DNA of 49,919 nucleotides from the NCBI GenBank assembly GCA_963807635.1, contig CAWEDJ010000026.1:1-49919 (forward strand), read 5' to 3'. The notes under the pieces are model-generated. The model did not search any database. It was not told the DNA's origin and was given only the letters and a program-made list of their open reading frames with translations. Origin of the DNA: an uncultured cyanobacterium (GTDB lineage: Bacteria; Cyanobacteriota; Cyanobacteriia; Cyanobacteriales; Microcystaceae). A program made the translations under genes and the position numbers. Shown here piece by piece: positions 9,966 to 18,989 of the stretch; the first letter of the stretch is position 1, and the number at the start of each line of letters is the position of its first letter.

Positions 9966-12287
9966 TTGATGATGAAAACAGCTAATTTACAATTTCTCAC
10001 GGGAAATTCTCTAGTTTCTTTTGGGTTAGGCAGTATTCTGATTTTCTGCTTGTGGATGATTTTGACTTTAGCCACCCATCTATTTTCAGGGATAGGGATT
10101 AATCAATTGGTTGTGATTGATGCAAGTGTGGAAAATTTTTACAGTTTAGCTCTACAAATTAAGCAAAATGCTCCCCATGCCGAAGTTTTCATTCTGCCCG
10201 ATGATCAACAAAATTCTATCCAAAAAATTACAGAAACGTTATCACCCTATCACCATCTACAGGCCATTCATCTCATTTCTCATGCTAGTGCAGGTTATTT
10301 GGTACTGGGTCAAGAGGAGATTAATTTGGATAGCTTAAATCGTGATCAATCTTTTTTGCAGAAATGGCGATCGCATCTCAGCCCGAATGCAGATTTATTG
10401 TTATACGGTTGTAATTTAGCAGAAAATGAGACAGGAAAAGCGTTTATTCAGCAATTGCATCATTTAACGGGGGCAGATGTCCAGGCTTCGACTGACATAA
10501 CGGGGAATCGGGAATTGGGGGGCAATTGGAACTTAGAAATTGCTACAGGACAGATTGAAACCCGTTTAATTATTCAAGGAAAATTATTGGCAAGCTATCC
10601 AGGGACTTTTCAAAAAATTGCCGTAACAACTACCGAAGATACCAATCAATCGGGATCTCTGCGCTGGGCAATGGAACAAGCCAACCTCGATGCAGACTCG
10701 GATGTGATCGATCTGTCTTCGGTAAAAGGTGTAATTACTCTGACTGGTTCCTTGCCGACCATTCAAACGGATCTAACGATTTTAGGGAACGGTGACGATA
10801 CCATTAGTGGCAATAAAACCCATCGTGTTTTTGAAATCGAAAAAGGCAATGTGACCCTGGAAAGTTTAAATATTATTGAAGGGTTAGCCCAGGGAGAGTC
10901 GGGGAAAAATGGAAGCGGTGGCGCGGCAGGAATGGGTGGAGGGCTGTTGATGAAAGGGGGAAAGGTGAAACTCTCGGAGGTGACATTTGCAGAAAATCAG
11001 GCGATCGGTGGAGATGGCAGTCATCACAATCCGACGGAAAGAACCAAAAGTTTTATTACTCAATCTAACGGGAAATTTTCAGTGAATCGGGGGGGAATTA
11101 CGGGACTCAATGGTATTACCCTGGGGGGTTTAGATCCGAATCAACTGAATTTAGAGGGCATTAATATCACCACAGACGGCGAAGAATTATTAGCGAATCG
11201 GGGCGCGATCGCGGGAGTAAACGGCATTGGAATTAGTGGCATCGGCAGTATTGTTTTTGGAGGCGGGGGAGGATTTGGCGGCTTTGGCAACGCAGGAAAC
11301 GGCGGGAATGGGGGAAACGGCGGCTTAAACGGAGGAAATGGCGGTAATGGGGGAAATGGTGGTCAGGGAGGAGTCGGTTATTTTGGCAGTTTTGGAACCA
11401 ATAGCGGCATTGGTACGATTGGCAGTATTGCCTTCGGCGGTGGTGGTGGTTTCGGGGGTTTTGGTAATGCAGGAAATGGCGGTAACGGTGGAAATCTCTG
11501 CACAACGGCCAGTAATGCGGATTCTCAAAATAGTAAAAGTCCCGACTATGGCATGGAGGATCAATCTGATTCAGAGATTGATTTGGATCAAAAGTTTGAT
11601 GAAAAATTCACTCTAGACAGCAAACCTAATTCTTCTATTCCTCAACCGAATGTTTCTCCCAGTGCTGCCGCTCCGAAAAAAGTGGTCAGCAAGCCCAGCA
11701 AATCATCTAAAAATTTAGCCAAGAATCCCGAAAAAGCTCCTAGTCCTGAAATTGCTCCTATCTTTTGCGGTGAAGGGGGAGATGGAGGAAACGGGGGAAA
11801 TGGGGGCTTCGGTGGGGGTGGCGGTAGTGCAGGGTTAGGCGGTAATGGCGGTATCGCAGGAAAAGTCGGGAATGCAGGTTTAGGAGGCTTTGGGGCGGGA
11901 AATGGCGGGGTTGGTGTTGGAGGCGGTGGCGCAGGTTTGGGCGGTGCGATCTTTGTGAAAAGCGGGATTTTAACCCTAGATAACACAACTTTTATTCATA
12001 ATTCGGCGATCGCGGGAACAGGGATTCATCCAGGTTTCGGCAAGGGCGGTGCTTTGTTTATTCTCCCCGACGAACTGATAGAGCAAGCGGGTGTGACGAT
12101 CGCCCCTCAAGTGATGGCAATTAAATTATTCCCAGAATTTCAAGGCAATCAGGCTCAGAATGCAGGTAGTGAACCGACGGATAATAATGATATTTTTGGC
12201 AAGATTGAAACGCGTTCGCGCATCAAACTCTTAGGCGATTTATCGGATTGGTTAGAAGAGACCTTTGGTTATGAATTATCAATTTAA
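9966..12287 (+). CDS. DUF4347-domain, glycine-rich secreted/surface protein
   Basis: LVVIDASV, IHLISHAS, LLLYGCNLA and TGN..LGGNWNLE motifs; GSLRWAM; GGNGGN repeats. Confidence 0.85.
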   Translation: MMMKTANLQFLTGNSLVSFGLGSILIFCLWMILTLATHLFSGIGINQLVVIDASVENFYSLALQIKQNAPHAEVFILPDDQQNSIQKITETLSPYHHLQAIHLISHASAGYLVLGQEEINLDSLNRDQSFLQKWRSHLSPNADLLLYGCNLAENETGKAFIQQLHHLTGADVQASTDITGNRELGGNWNLEIATGQIETRLIIQGKLLASYPGTFQKIAVTTTEDTNQSGSLRWAMEQANLDADSDVIDLSSVKGVITLTGSLPTIQTDLTILGNGDDTISGNKTHRVFEIEKGNVTLESLNIIEGLAQGESGKNGSGGAAGMGGGLLMKGGKVKLSEVTFAENQAIGGDGSHHNPTERTKSFITQSNGKFSVNRGGITGLNGITLGGLDPNQLNLEGINITTDGEELLANRGAIAGVNGIGISGIGSIVFGGGGGFGGFGNAGNGGNGGNGGLNGGNGGNGGNGGQGGVGYFGSFGTNSGIGTIGSIAFGGGGGFGGFGNAGNGGNGGNLCTTASNADSQNSKSPDYGMEDQSDSEIDLDQKFDEKFTLDSKPNSSIPQPNVSPSAAAPKKVVSKPSKSSKNLAKNPEKAPSPEIAPIFCGEGGDGGNGGNGGFGGGGGSAGLGGNGGIAGKVGNAGLGGFGAGNGGVGVGGGGAGLGGAIFVKSGILTLDNTTFIHNSAIAGTGIHPGFGKGGALFILPDELIEQAGVTIAPQVMAIKLFPEFQGNQAQNAGSEPTDNNDIFGKIETRSRIKLLGDLSDWLEETFGYELSI

Positions 12288-13269
12288 GTTTTTTCCCTAC
12301 CAAAGAAAATTCAAAATTCCCCTACAAACCCGTTATGGCCCTTGGTCAGTTCGGGAAGGTATTATTTTGCAACTGATTAAAAATGAGCAACAAATTGGCT
12401 GGGGAGAAATCGCACCGTTGCCCTGGTTTGGGTCGGAAACGTTAGAACAAGCTTTACATTTTTGTCAGTCTATCGGCTCTAATTTACACGAAAAAATTAT
12501 TAATGAAATTCCTGATACCTTACCCGCCTGTCAGTTTGGCTTTGAATTCGCATTAAAAAATTTATTAGTTAACAAACCCTTACTTCCCATTGAGTTAAAT
12601 GAGGATGAATATAGTTATCTATTACCCACAGGAAAAAAGGCTCTAGATTACTTTTCTAAAATAAATAAAAATAGACAAAAACTTGTAGACGATCGCGAAA
12701 TTCTTACCTATAAATGGAAAATTGGAGTAGAATCCTTTAGTCAAGAAAGTGCAACTTTTAAAAAATTAATTGAGCGATTACCCCAAAATGCCCAACTCCG
12801 TTTAGATGCCAATGGGGGACTAACTCTAGAAGATGCTCAACGTTGGTTATCTTTGGCCGATCAAGTCGGAAGCATTGAATTTATCGAACAACCTTTACCG
12901 CCTGATAAGTTTTCTGAGTTATTAACTCTCAGTCAAAATTTTAAAACCGCGATCGCCTTAGATGAATCGGTTTCAAGCTTAAAACAATTAAAGACCTGTT
13001 ATGAATTAGGCTGGCGAGGAATTTATGTGATCAAAGCCGCCATTATAGGATCACCTAAACAATTAGAAAATTTTTGTCAAAATCACGCGATCGATGCGGT
13101 TTTTTCTTCGGTTTTTGAAACCCTCATTGGTCAACAAGCAGTTTTAGCCCTAGCCCAGGAGTTGAAGAGTTGCGATCGCAAAGCGGCACTGCCTGATCGC
13201 GCCTTGGGATTTGGGGTGAATCAATGGTTTGCAGATTCTGATCCCAATTTTTTAGATCTCATTCCCTAG
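12271..13269 (+). CDS. menC: o-Succinylbenzoate synthase
   Basis: GWGEIAPLP, KWKIG, LRLDANGG, FIEQP and ALDES enolase-superfamily motifs. Confidence 0.92.
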   Translation: MNYQFKFFPYQRKFKIPLQTRYGPWSVREGIILQLIKNEQQIGWGEIAPLPWFGSETLEQALHFCQSIGSNLHEKIINEIPDTLPACQFGFEFALKNLLVNKPLLPIELNEDEYSYLLPTGKKALDYFSKINKNRQKLVDDREILTYKWKIGVESFSQESATFKKLIERLPQNAQLRLDANGGLTLEDAQRWLSLADQVGSIEFIEQPLPPDKFSELLTLSQNFKTAIALDESVSSLKQLKTCYELGWRGIYVIKAAIIGSPKQLENFCQNHAIDAVFSSVFETLIGQQAVLALAQELKSCDRKAALPDRALGFGVNQWFADSDPNFLDLIP

Positions 13270-13382
13270 ACAATCAAGCGAGATAATGTGCAGAGATTAC
13301 CGCGATTTTGTAGAATAGGGATCTAGGTATGTCGGATTTTCCCGCGTCCTGCTGATCAATACGCAATGCTGAAACGACTTTT

Positions 13383-14513
13383 ATGATTTCTCAACCCCTT
13401 ATCAGTCAGACTGTTATCAACAATGGCTCGAATAAAGTTTGTCCCCAGTCTTCAGCTTGTCGTTGGCGCGGATTAATCGAAACCTATCGTCCCTATCTTC
13501 CCGTTACTGCCGATACGCCCGTTATTACCCTGCTTGAAGGAAATACGCCTCTCATCCCTGTTCCCGCGATCGCCGCAGAAATTGGTCGGGGTGTCAAAGT
13601 TTTCGCTAAATATGATGGTTTAAATCCCACAGGTAGCTTCAAAGATCGGGGCATGACAATGGCAATTTCCAAAGCCAAGGAAGCAGGAGCCGAGGCCGTG
13701 ATTTGTGCCAGTACAGGCAATACTTCAGCAGCCGCAGCAGCCTATGCTCGTCGGGCAGGAATGCGAGCTTTTGTGTTGATTCCCGATGGTTATGTGGCTT
13801 TGGGGAAATTGGGTCAGGCTTTGATGTACGGTGCAGAAGTGATTGCCATTAACGGTAACTTTGATGAAGCGTTAACGGCTGTGCGTGAGTTGTCGGAAAA
13901 TTATCCCGTTACGTTGGTTAATTCAGTCAATCCTTACCGCTTAGAAGGTCAAAAAACTGCCGCGTTTGAAGTGGTGGATGTGTTAGGCAATGCTCCCGAT
14001 TGGCTTTGTATTCCTGTGGGCAATGCGGGCAACATCAGTGCCTATTGGATGGGGTTTTGTCAATATTTGGAATTAGGAAAAAGCGATCGCCTGCCGAAAA
14101 TGATGGGATTTCAGGGCGCAGGAGCCGCACCGTTTATCCAAGGTCAACCTGTTGCCAATCCTGAAACGATCGCTACTGCTATTCGTATTGGGAATCCTGC
14201 TAACTGGGAAAAAGCCTGGGCGGCATCAAAAGCCAGTACAGGGGAATTTAATTCGGTGACGGATACAGAGATTCTCGCGGCCTATCGTCTCTTGGCTTCC
14301 CAGGAAGGTATTTTCTGTGAACCTGCGAGTGCGGCCTCGGTAGCGGGTTTATTGAAGGTGAAAGATCAAGTTCCGACGGGAGCAACGGTGGTTTGTGTGT
14401 TGACGGGTAATGGTCTTAAAGATCCTGATTGTTCGGTTTCCCATAGCGATAATCGAGTTAAGTCTGGAATTAAACCCGATATTGATGAAGTTGCTAAAGC
14501 AATGGGTTTTTAA
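13383..14513 (+). CDS. thrC: Threonine synthase
   Basis: [13 protein letters not shown] lysine motif, CASTGNTS and LTGNGLKDP. Confidence 0.97.
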   Translation: MISQPLISQTVINNGSNKVCPQSSACRWRGLIETYRPYLPVTADTPVITLLEGNTPLIPVPAIAAEIGRGVKVFAKYDGLNPTGSFKDRGMTMAISKAKEAGAEAVICASTGNTSAAAAAYARRAGMRAFVLIPDGYVALGKLGQALMYGAEVIAINGNFDEALTAVRELSENYPVTLVNSVNPYRLEGQKTAAFEVVDVLGNAPDWLCIPVGNAGNISAYWMGFCQYLELGKSDRLPKMMGFQGAGAAPFIQGQPVANPETIATAIRIGNPANWEKAWAASKASTGEFNSVTDTEILAAYRLLASQEGIFCEPASAASVAGLLKVKDQVPTGATVVCVLTGNGLKDPDCSVSHSDNRVKSGIKPDIDEVAKAMGF

Positions 14514-14597
14514 TTTGTGCGAAGTTATTTTTAGAACAAGAGGATTGATGAAGACGCGATCGCTTTTAACGAAGCTCAATTAAAGGAGGACAGGAGA

Positions 14598-14909
14598 ATG
14601 AATTCTAATGTATTTCAGGAGTTAAAGCAATCTCTAACTGACTTGTATCAAGAAAAGCTAGTTAAAATTATTTTATACGGTTCCCATGCAAAGGGGACGG
14701 CAACCACTGACTCAGACGTGGATATTTTAGTCGTATTAAAGGATGAAGTTTCTGCGTTTGATGAAATTCTAAGAATGGCAGAAATCACAACAACTATCGG
14801 TTTAAAGTATGACGAATTAATTTCTATTTTTCCTATTGCTGAATCCAGATTTTTAGCTCAATTAACACCTTTGTTGAAAAATATTAAAAGTCAAGGTATC
14901 GTATTGTGA
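14598..14909 (+). CDS. Minimal nucleotidyltransferase (MNT) antitoxin-like protein
   Basis: GS-X10-DXD (GSHAKGTATTDSDVD); 4-nt overlap with the HEPN gene. Confidence 0.9.
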   Translation: MNSNVFQELKQSLTDLYQEKLVKIILYGSHAKGTATTDSDVDILVVLKDEVSAFDEILRMAEITTTIGLKYDELISIFPIAESRFLAQLTPLLKNIKSQGIVL

Positions 14910-15310
14910 ATCGTATCAAAATATTGCTAGAATTAGCTAGGGAAGAGTTACAAGTGGCTGAATTGGTTTTGAATAATCACTATTATCGAGCTTGTATATC
15001 TCGAATTTATTATGGTATATATCATGCCACCCAAGCTGTTTTAGAATCTAAACAAATTAACCCTTTGACTCATCGTGGTTTGATTCAACAATTTGGTCAA
15101 AATTTTATCAAAACAGGTGAATTGTCTAAGGAATTATCTATAATTCTCAAATCAGCCTATGATTTACGACAACTGAGTGATTATGACGAGACTGTTGATT
15201 TTGACCTTGAGCAAGCGCAAAAACTGTTGACTTCTGCTCAATATTTTATTGAACAGATTGAAATTTATCTTTCTAAATCTGTATTTCAAAATACTGATGA
15301 ATCGAGTTAA
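14906..15310 (+). CDS. HEPN-domain protein (RX4Y type)
   Basis: SRIYYGIYHA, THRGLI and RQLSDY motifs; coupled to the MNT gene. Confidence 0.88.
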   Translation: MNRIKILLELAREELQVAELVLNNHYYRACISRIYYGIYHATQAVLESKQINPLTHRGLIQQFGQNFIKTGELSKELSIILKSAYDLRQLSDYDETVDFDLEQAQKLLTSAQYFIEQIEIYLSKSVFQNTDESS

Positions 15311-15410
15311 TTATGAATTAAGGGAAGGTCTGTATTAATTTTTGTTAAGAACAATTGTATTGTTTGCTAACTATGGGAAAGATAATATTGGTAATGATGG
15401 AGTCAGATAA

Positions 15411-15506
15411 ATGAATGGGCTGAAGTTGTTTGAACAGGCACAATTGTATTTAGACCAAGGCGATTATCAAAACGCGATCGCGCTTTTGGAGGTATGTATT
15501 GGGTAA
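15411..15506 (+). pseudogene. 31-codon stub of a TPR-GT41 glycosyltransferase N-terminus
   Basis: MNGLKLFEQAQLYLDQGDYQNAIALLEVCIG* aligns with the N-termini of 18990 and 21273. Confidence 0.8.
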
Positions 15507-15562
15507 CACAAAAAATTGGCATTAGACATCATTAGAGTTAACTGAAATCTTTTATAAACAAT

Positions 15563-17156
15563 ATGAATAGTCCTACCGAAACTTATCTTGAATATATACA
15601 AAAACATTGCCCTACATTAGAATCAAAAATATTATCACAAATTACTTCTTGTCTCGAAAAGACTAATTGGGATGAACCAACCTCGACAACAGATTTTAAT
15701 AATATTGGGGTTATTGCGTTAATTGAGGCAGAAAACTGTCAAGATTTATCGCTGAGAAGTTTATATTTAGAGATGGCAAATGAAGCCTTGGATAATGGCT
15801 TAACGATGGAAAATCATCCTTTGTGTGCTGCCCATCTATCTCTTTTAATGTCTATGACGGGTCAATTAAAACAAGCGGTAGAGCTTACCTGGCCTGCTTG
15901 GATAGCAACGGTAGCAAATTTAGATAATAAATTAGATAAAACAGGACAATCCTGTATTATTTATCTTCCTCACAATAAGAATCATCTCGGTAATCTAGCC
16001 CAATTTTTTGAGACAAATTTTAATGAATCAAAGCTTTATAGTCAATATCTGATGATGTTGAGTCAAGCCCTTTGTTATTCCTCTCTTTGTTTTTATAATA
16101 GTACGGGAATTCGTTGGCTCCGACTTGCTCTTCAAAGTTTTCCTAACTCGGTTGAACTAAATTTTAAGTTGGGAGTTGCTTATATTACAAGTAATCAATG
16201 GGAGGGATTATTTTTTCGATCGTGCCAAAGAATTAGCCCCAACTGAAGCAAAAATTTTACAAGCTCTTTATCTGGCTTATCGAGATTTAGGGAATCTCCA
16301 ACTAGCGAATCATTGGCTTAATTTGGCTACACAGTTACAGCCGCAATTTGTCCATGATCCCGATTGGCAATGGACAACTTTAGCAATGGATAGTCCTTTT
16401 ACCTATGTCCAGTTTGAATCCAATCTTTTAATGGCTGTTGAAGCAAGCTTTAAAAGCATTGTCACCAGTGTTTTAGTGGCTGAAGGTGATTGGTTTGAAA
16501 AAGAAATGGAGTTTTGGCGTAACTGGATTAAACCAGGCATGACTGTGATTGATGTGGGGGCAAATGTCGGTGTTTATACGTTTAGTGCGGCTCAAAGGGT
16601 TGGTTCTCAGGGTAAAGTATTGGCGGTTGAGCCATTTTCTGGGTGTGTTCGTTGCTTAGAAGAAACTTGTCGGATTAATCAATTCAGTTGGGTTAAAATC
16701 TGTGCGGGGGCAGCCAGCGATCGCGTAGGGTCTGCTCGATTATCTCTTTCTGCGTCTAGTGAATTGAATGAATTAGTTGCTAATAATGCTAGTATTTCGA
16801 TGGAATCAGGAGCATTTGAAGAGGTTGCTTGTTTTACGTTAGATAGTCTTAGGGAACAAGAGAATCTCCAGCAAGTCGATTTTCTTAAAATTGATGCAGA
16901 AGGTCATGAATTAGCGGTTTTGATGGGTAGCCAGAGAATTTTATCGGAATTTTCTCCTATTATTCTCTATGAAAATATTGCAGGAAATCAAGACAGTAAT
17001 CTTCCTGTTGCTCATTATTTGATCGCTCAAGGCTATAATTTATTTCGTTATCAGCCCTATCTTCAGGATTTAATACCGCTAGATAATTTGAATACTTTAC
17101 AAGAAAATTTAAATATCATTGCTTTGCCCAAATCAAAAATTATTGATATGGGATAA
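15563..17156 (+). CDS. TPR-containing FkbM-family methyltransferase, frameshifted near 16215
   Basis: VIDVGANVG, AVEP and LKIDAEGHE motifs; helical TPR-like segment spans the two ORFs. Confidence 0.85.
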
Positions 17157-17199
17157 TACGATAAAAATCTAACTTTATTAAGTTGAGGAAATAATCTAG

Positions 17200-17291
17200 A
17201 TGTCTGTTTTTCTAGAAAGTTTAAAACGCAATGGTCATTTAGAGTCACTTCACATGACAGTTTTTAATGTAGGTTCCCGTAAATTAAGTAC
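17200..17291 (+). pseudogene. 5' stub of a probable second methyltransferase
   Basis: MSVFLESLKRNGHLESLHMTVFNVGSRKLS resembles a recalled cyanobacterial FkbM-type N-terminus and is cut where the duplicated segment begins. Confidence 0.5.
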
Positions 17292-17524
17292 TATTATTCT
17301 TAACTTGTGTACACTTACGAAAATAAACAAAATCAATGTTAATTCAAGACTTGTCATCACAAAAACGAAAAAATTTCCTATCCTTGGCCAAAAAGTGTGT
17401 ACAGTCAAGAAGCAGATTAACCTCAATTAATACAAATAGGGGCAATTGTAAAACAGTATCTTTTAAATGCAGAAGAGGATTTAAAAAGTCTTATTCTGTT
17501 GGATAAACTAGAGATAGGTTATTA
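17292..17524 (+). pseudogene. Internally deleted, degenerate copy of gene 18284..18907 with its upstream region
   Basis: 17292-17410 matches 18242-18360; 17410-17524 matches about 18793-18907. Confidence 0.9.
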
Positions 17525-17541
17525 AATCGGGATTTAAAATT

Positions 17542-18147
17542 ATGTCATTTAATGCTTATAAAAATATTTCAGATGTTATTCAAGATTTCCCTGTTCATTA
17601 TCAAGAAAAAGACTTTGTTCAGGAGCTTCCCTTTGTGATAAATGATTCTTTTCTCCAGCGATTAGAGTTGATTCTTAGAGAAGGTGTTGTTTTTAATTCA
17701 GAATATGCTATCTGTGAAAATATTATTTCACCTATTCTCATTGAGGTTTGGCAAAGCTATAAGGAACAATTATTAGTGTGGATTCATCAACCCTTAAACT
17801 ACGATGAACAATTGTCAGGGATTCCTGATTATATGGTTGCTAAACGCTCTGCTAAGGGAAAGATTGTGTTTGAGGAACCCTATCTAATTGTGGTTGAGGC
17901 AAAAAAGGATAACTTTGAAGAAGGTTGGGGACAATGTTTAGCCGGACTGATCACCGCTCAAAAACTCAATAAAAATACTAAGACTGAAATTTTTGGCATT
18001 GTCTCCAATGGTAAGTTTTGGGAGTTTGGCAGGCTCCTGGGTAATGGTTTTGAGAAAAATATTAAACTTTACAGTATTTCTAATTTAAAGGAATTATTTT
18101 CTGCTATAAATTATGTGTTTCAAAAAAGCCAATCTTATTGTTTATAA
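17542..18147 (+). CDS. PD-(D/E)xK nuclease-fold hypothetical protein
   Basis: GIPDY...VVEAKK...GWGQC and GIVSNGKFWEF motifs. Confidence 0.7.
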   Translation: MSFNAYKNISDVIQDFPVHYQEKDFVQELPFVINDSFLQRLELILREGVVFNSEYAICENIISPILIEVWQSYKEQLLVWIHQPLNYDEQLSGIPDYMVAKRSAKGKIVFEEPYLIVVEAKKDNFEEGWGQCLAGLITAQKLNKNTKTEIFGIVSNGKFWEFGRLLGNGFEKNIKLYSISNLKELFSAINYVFQKSQSYCL

Positions 18148-18189
18148 TGAGCATAGTCTATTAAAGCTAACTCTGATTTTCTTTAACAT

Positions 18190-18220
18190 AAATTTCCCCC
18201 ATTTGTTGGTGGGGATTTTC
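18190..18220 (+). terminator. Imperfect hairpin, possible terminator
   Basis: TTCCCCCA...TGGGGA inverted repeat followed by T-rich sequence. Confidence 0.4.
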
Positions 18221-18283
18221 TATTTCTTAATGTGTGTCCCATTATCCTTAACTTGTGTACAATTTCAAAAGTAAACAAAATCA

Positions 18284-18907
18284 ATGTTAATTCAAGACTT
18301 GTCATCACAAAAACGAAAAACTTTTCTATCCTTGGTTAAAAAGCGTGTACAACCAGGAAGTGGCAGTAGTCTTAGTTTTTTACAGAAACGAACTTGGTCT
18401 TATTCCGTGAGTAATTTAAATTTAATTTTAACACAAGCCCCTTTTGTTATAGTTGGTGGTGTAGCGACAAGGCTTTATATGCCAGAACGAATGACTTTAG
18501 ATCTTGACATTCTTATTAAAGCTGAAGATGCTAGGAAAATTTATCAAGATTTAGAAAATGCTGGAGGTAAAAAAATCGGAATTTTGAACATTTCTGGTAG
18601 TCAATGGCAATTACCAGATAATACCTCCTTGGACGTTTTAGAAGGTGATGATGAATGGGTAGCGGAAGCTGTGAGCAAACCCAATTATGCACCCGATGGC
18701 TTACCAATTATTGATTTATCCTATTTAATACTAATGAAATTATCTGCCAGTCGTACTCAAGATTTGGCTGATGTCAGTAGGATGCTAGGATTAGCAGATG
18801 AAACCCAATTAATACAAATACGGGCAATTGTAAAACACTATCTTGCCAATGCAGAAGAGGATTTAGAAAGTTTAATTATCTTAGGTAAATTGGAAATGAG
18901 TAGTTAA
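18284..18907 (+). CDS. Pol-beta superfamily nucleotidyltransferase-like protein
   Basis: IVGGVA...RMTLDLD, LILMKL and R.QDLAD motifs. Confidence 0.75.
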   Translation: MLIQDLSSQKRKTFLSLVKKRVQPGSGSSLSFLQKRTWSYSVSNLNLILTQAPFVIVGGVATRLYMPERMTLDLDILIKAEDARKIYQDLENAGGKKIGILNISGSQWQLPDNTSLDVLEGDDEWVAEAVSKPNYAPDGLPIIDLSYLILMKLSASRTQDLADVSRMLGLADETQLIQIRAIVKHYLANAEEDLESLIILGKLEMSS

Positions 18908-18989
18908 TAAATTTCGCCATGTTTAATTAGAAAAAGTTTTTTATTATAATCAAAATATCGTTAATTAATAGAGGTTAACCTAGTTCCAA

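Noticed and set aside
11233..11988. Pro/His/Arg-rich antisense and alternate-frame ORFs
   Set aside because: Shadows of Gly codon runs in the DUF4347 gene.
16205..16220. Programmed phase variation at a T tract in the FkbM gene
   Set aside because: The tract is only six T, and similar indels occur in housekeeping genes, so an artefact is more likely.
17200..17430. 76-aa ORF as a real gene
   Set aside because: Chimera running out of frame into a duplicated segment.
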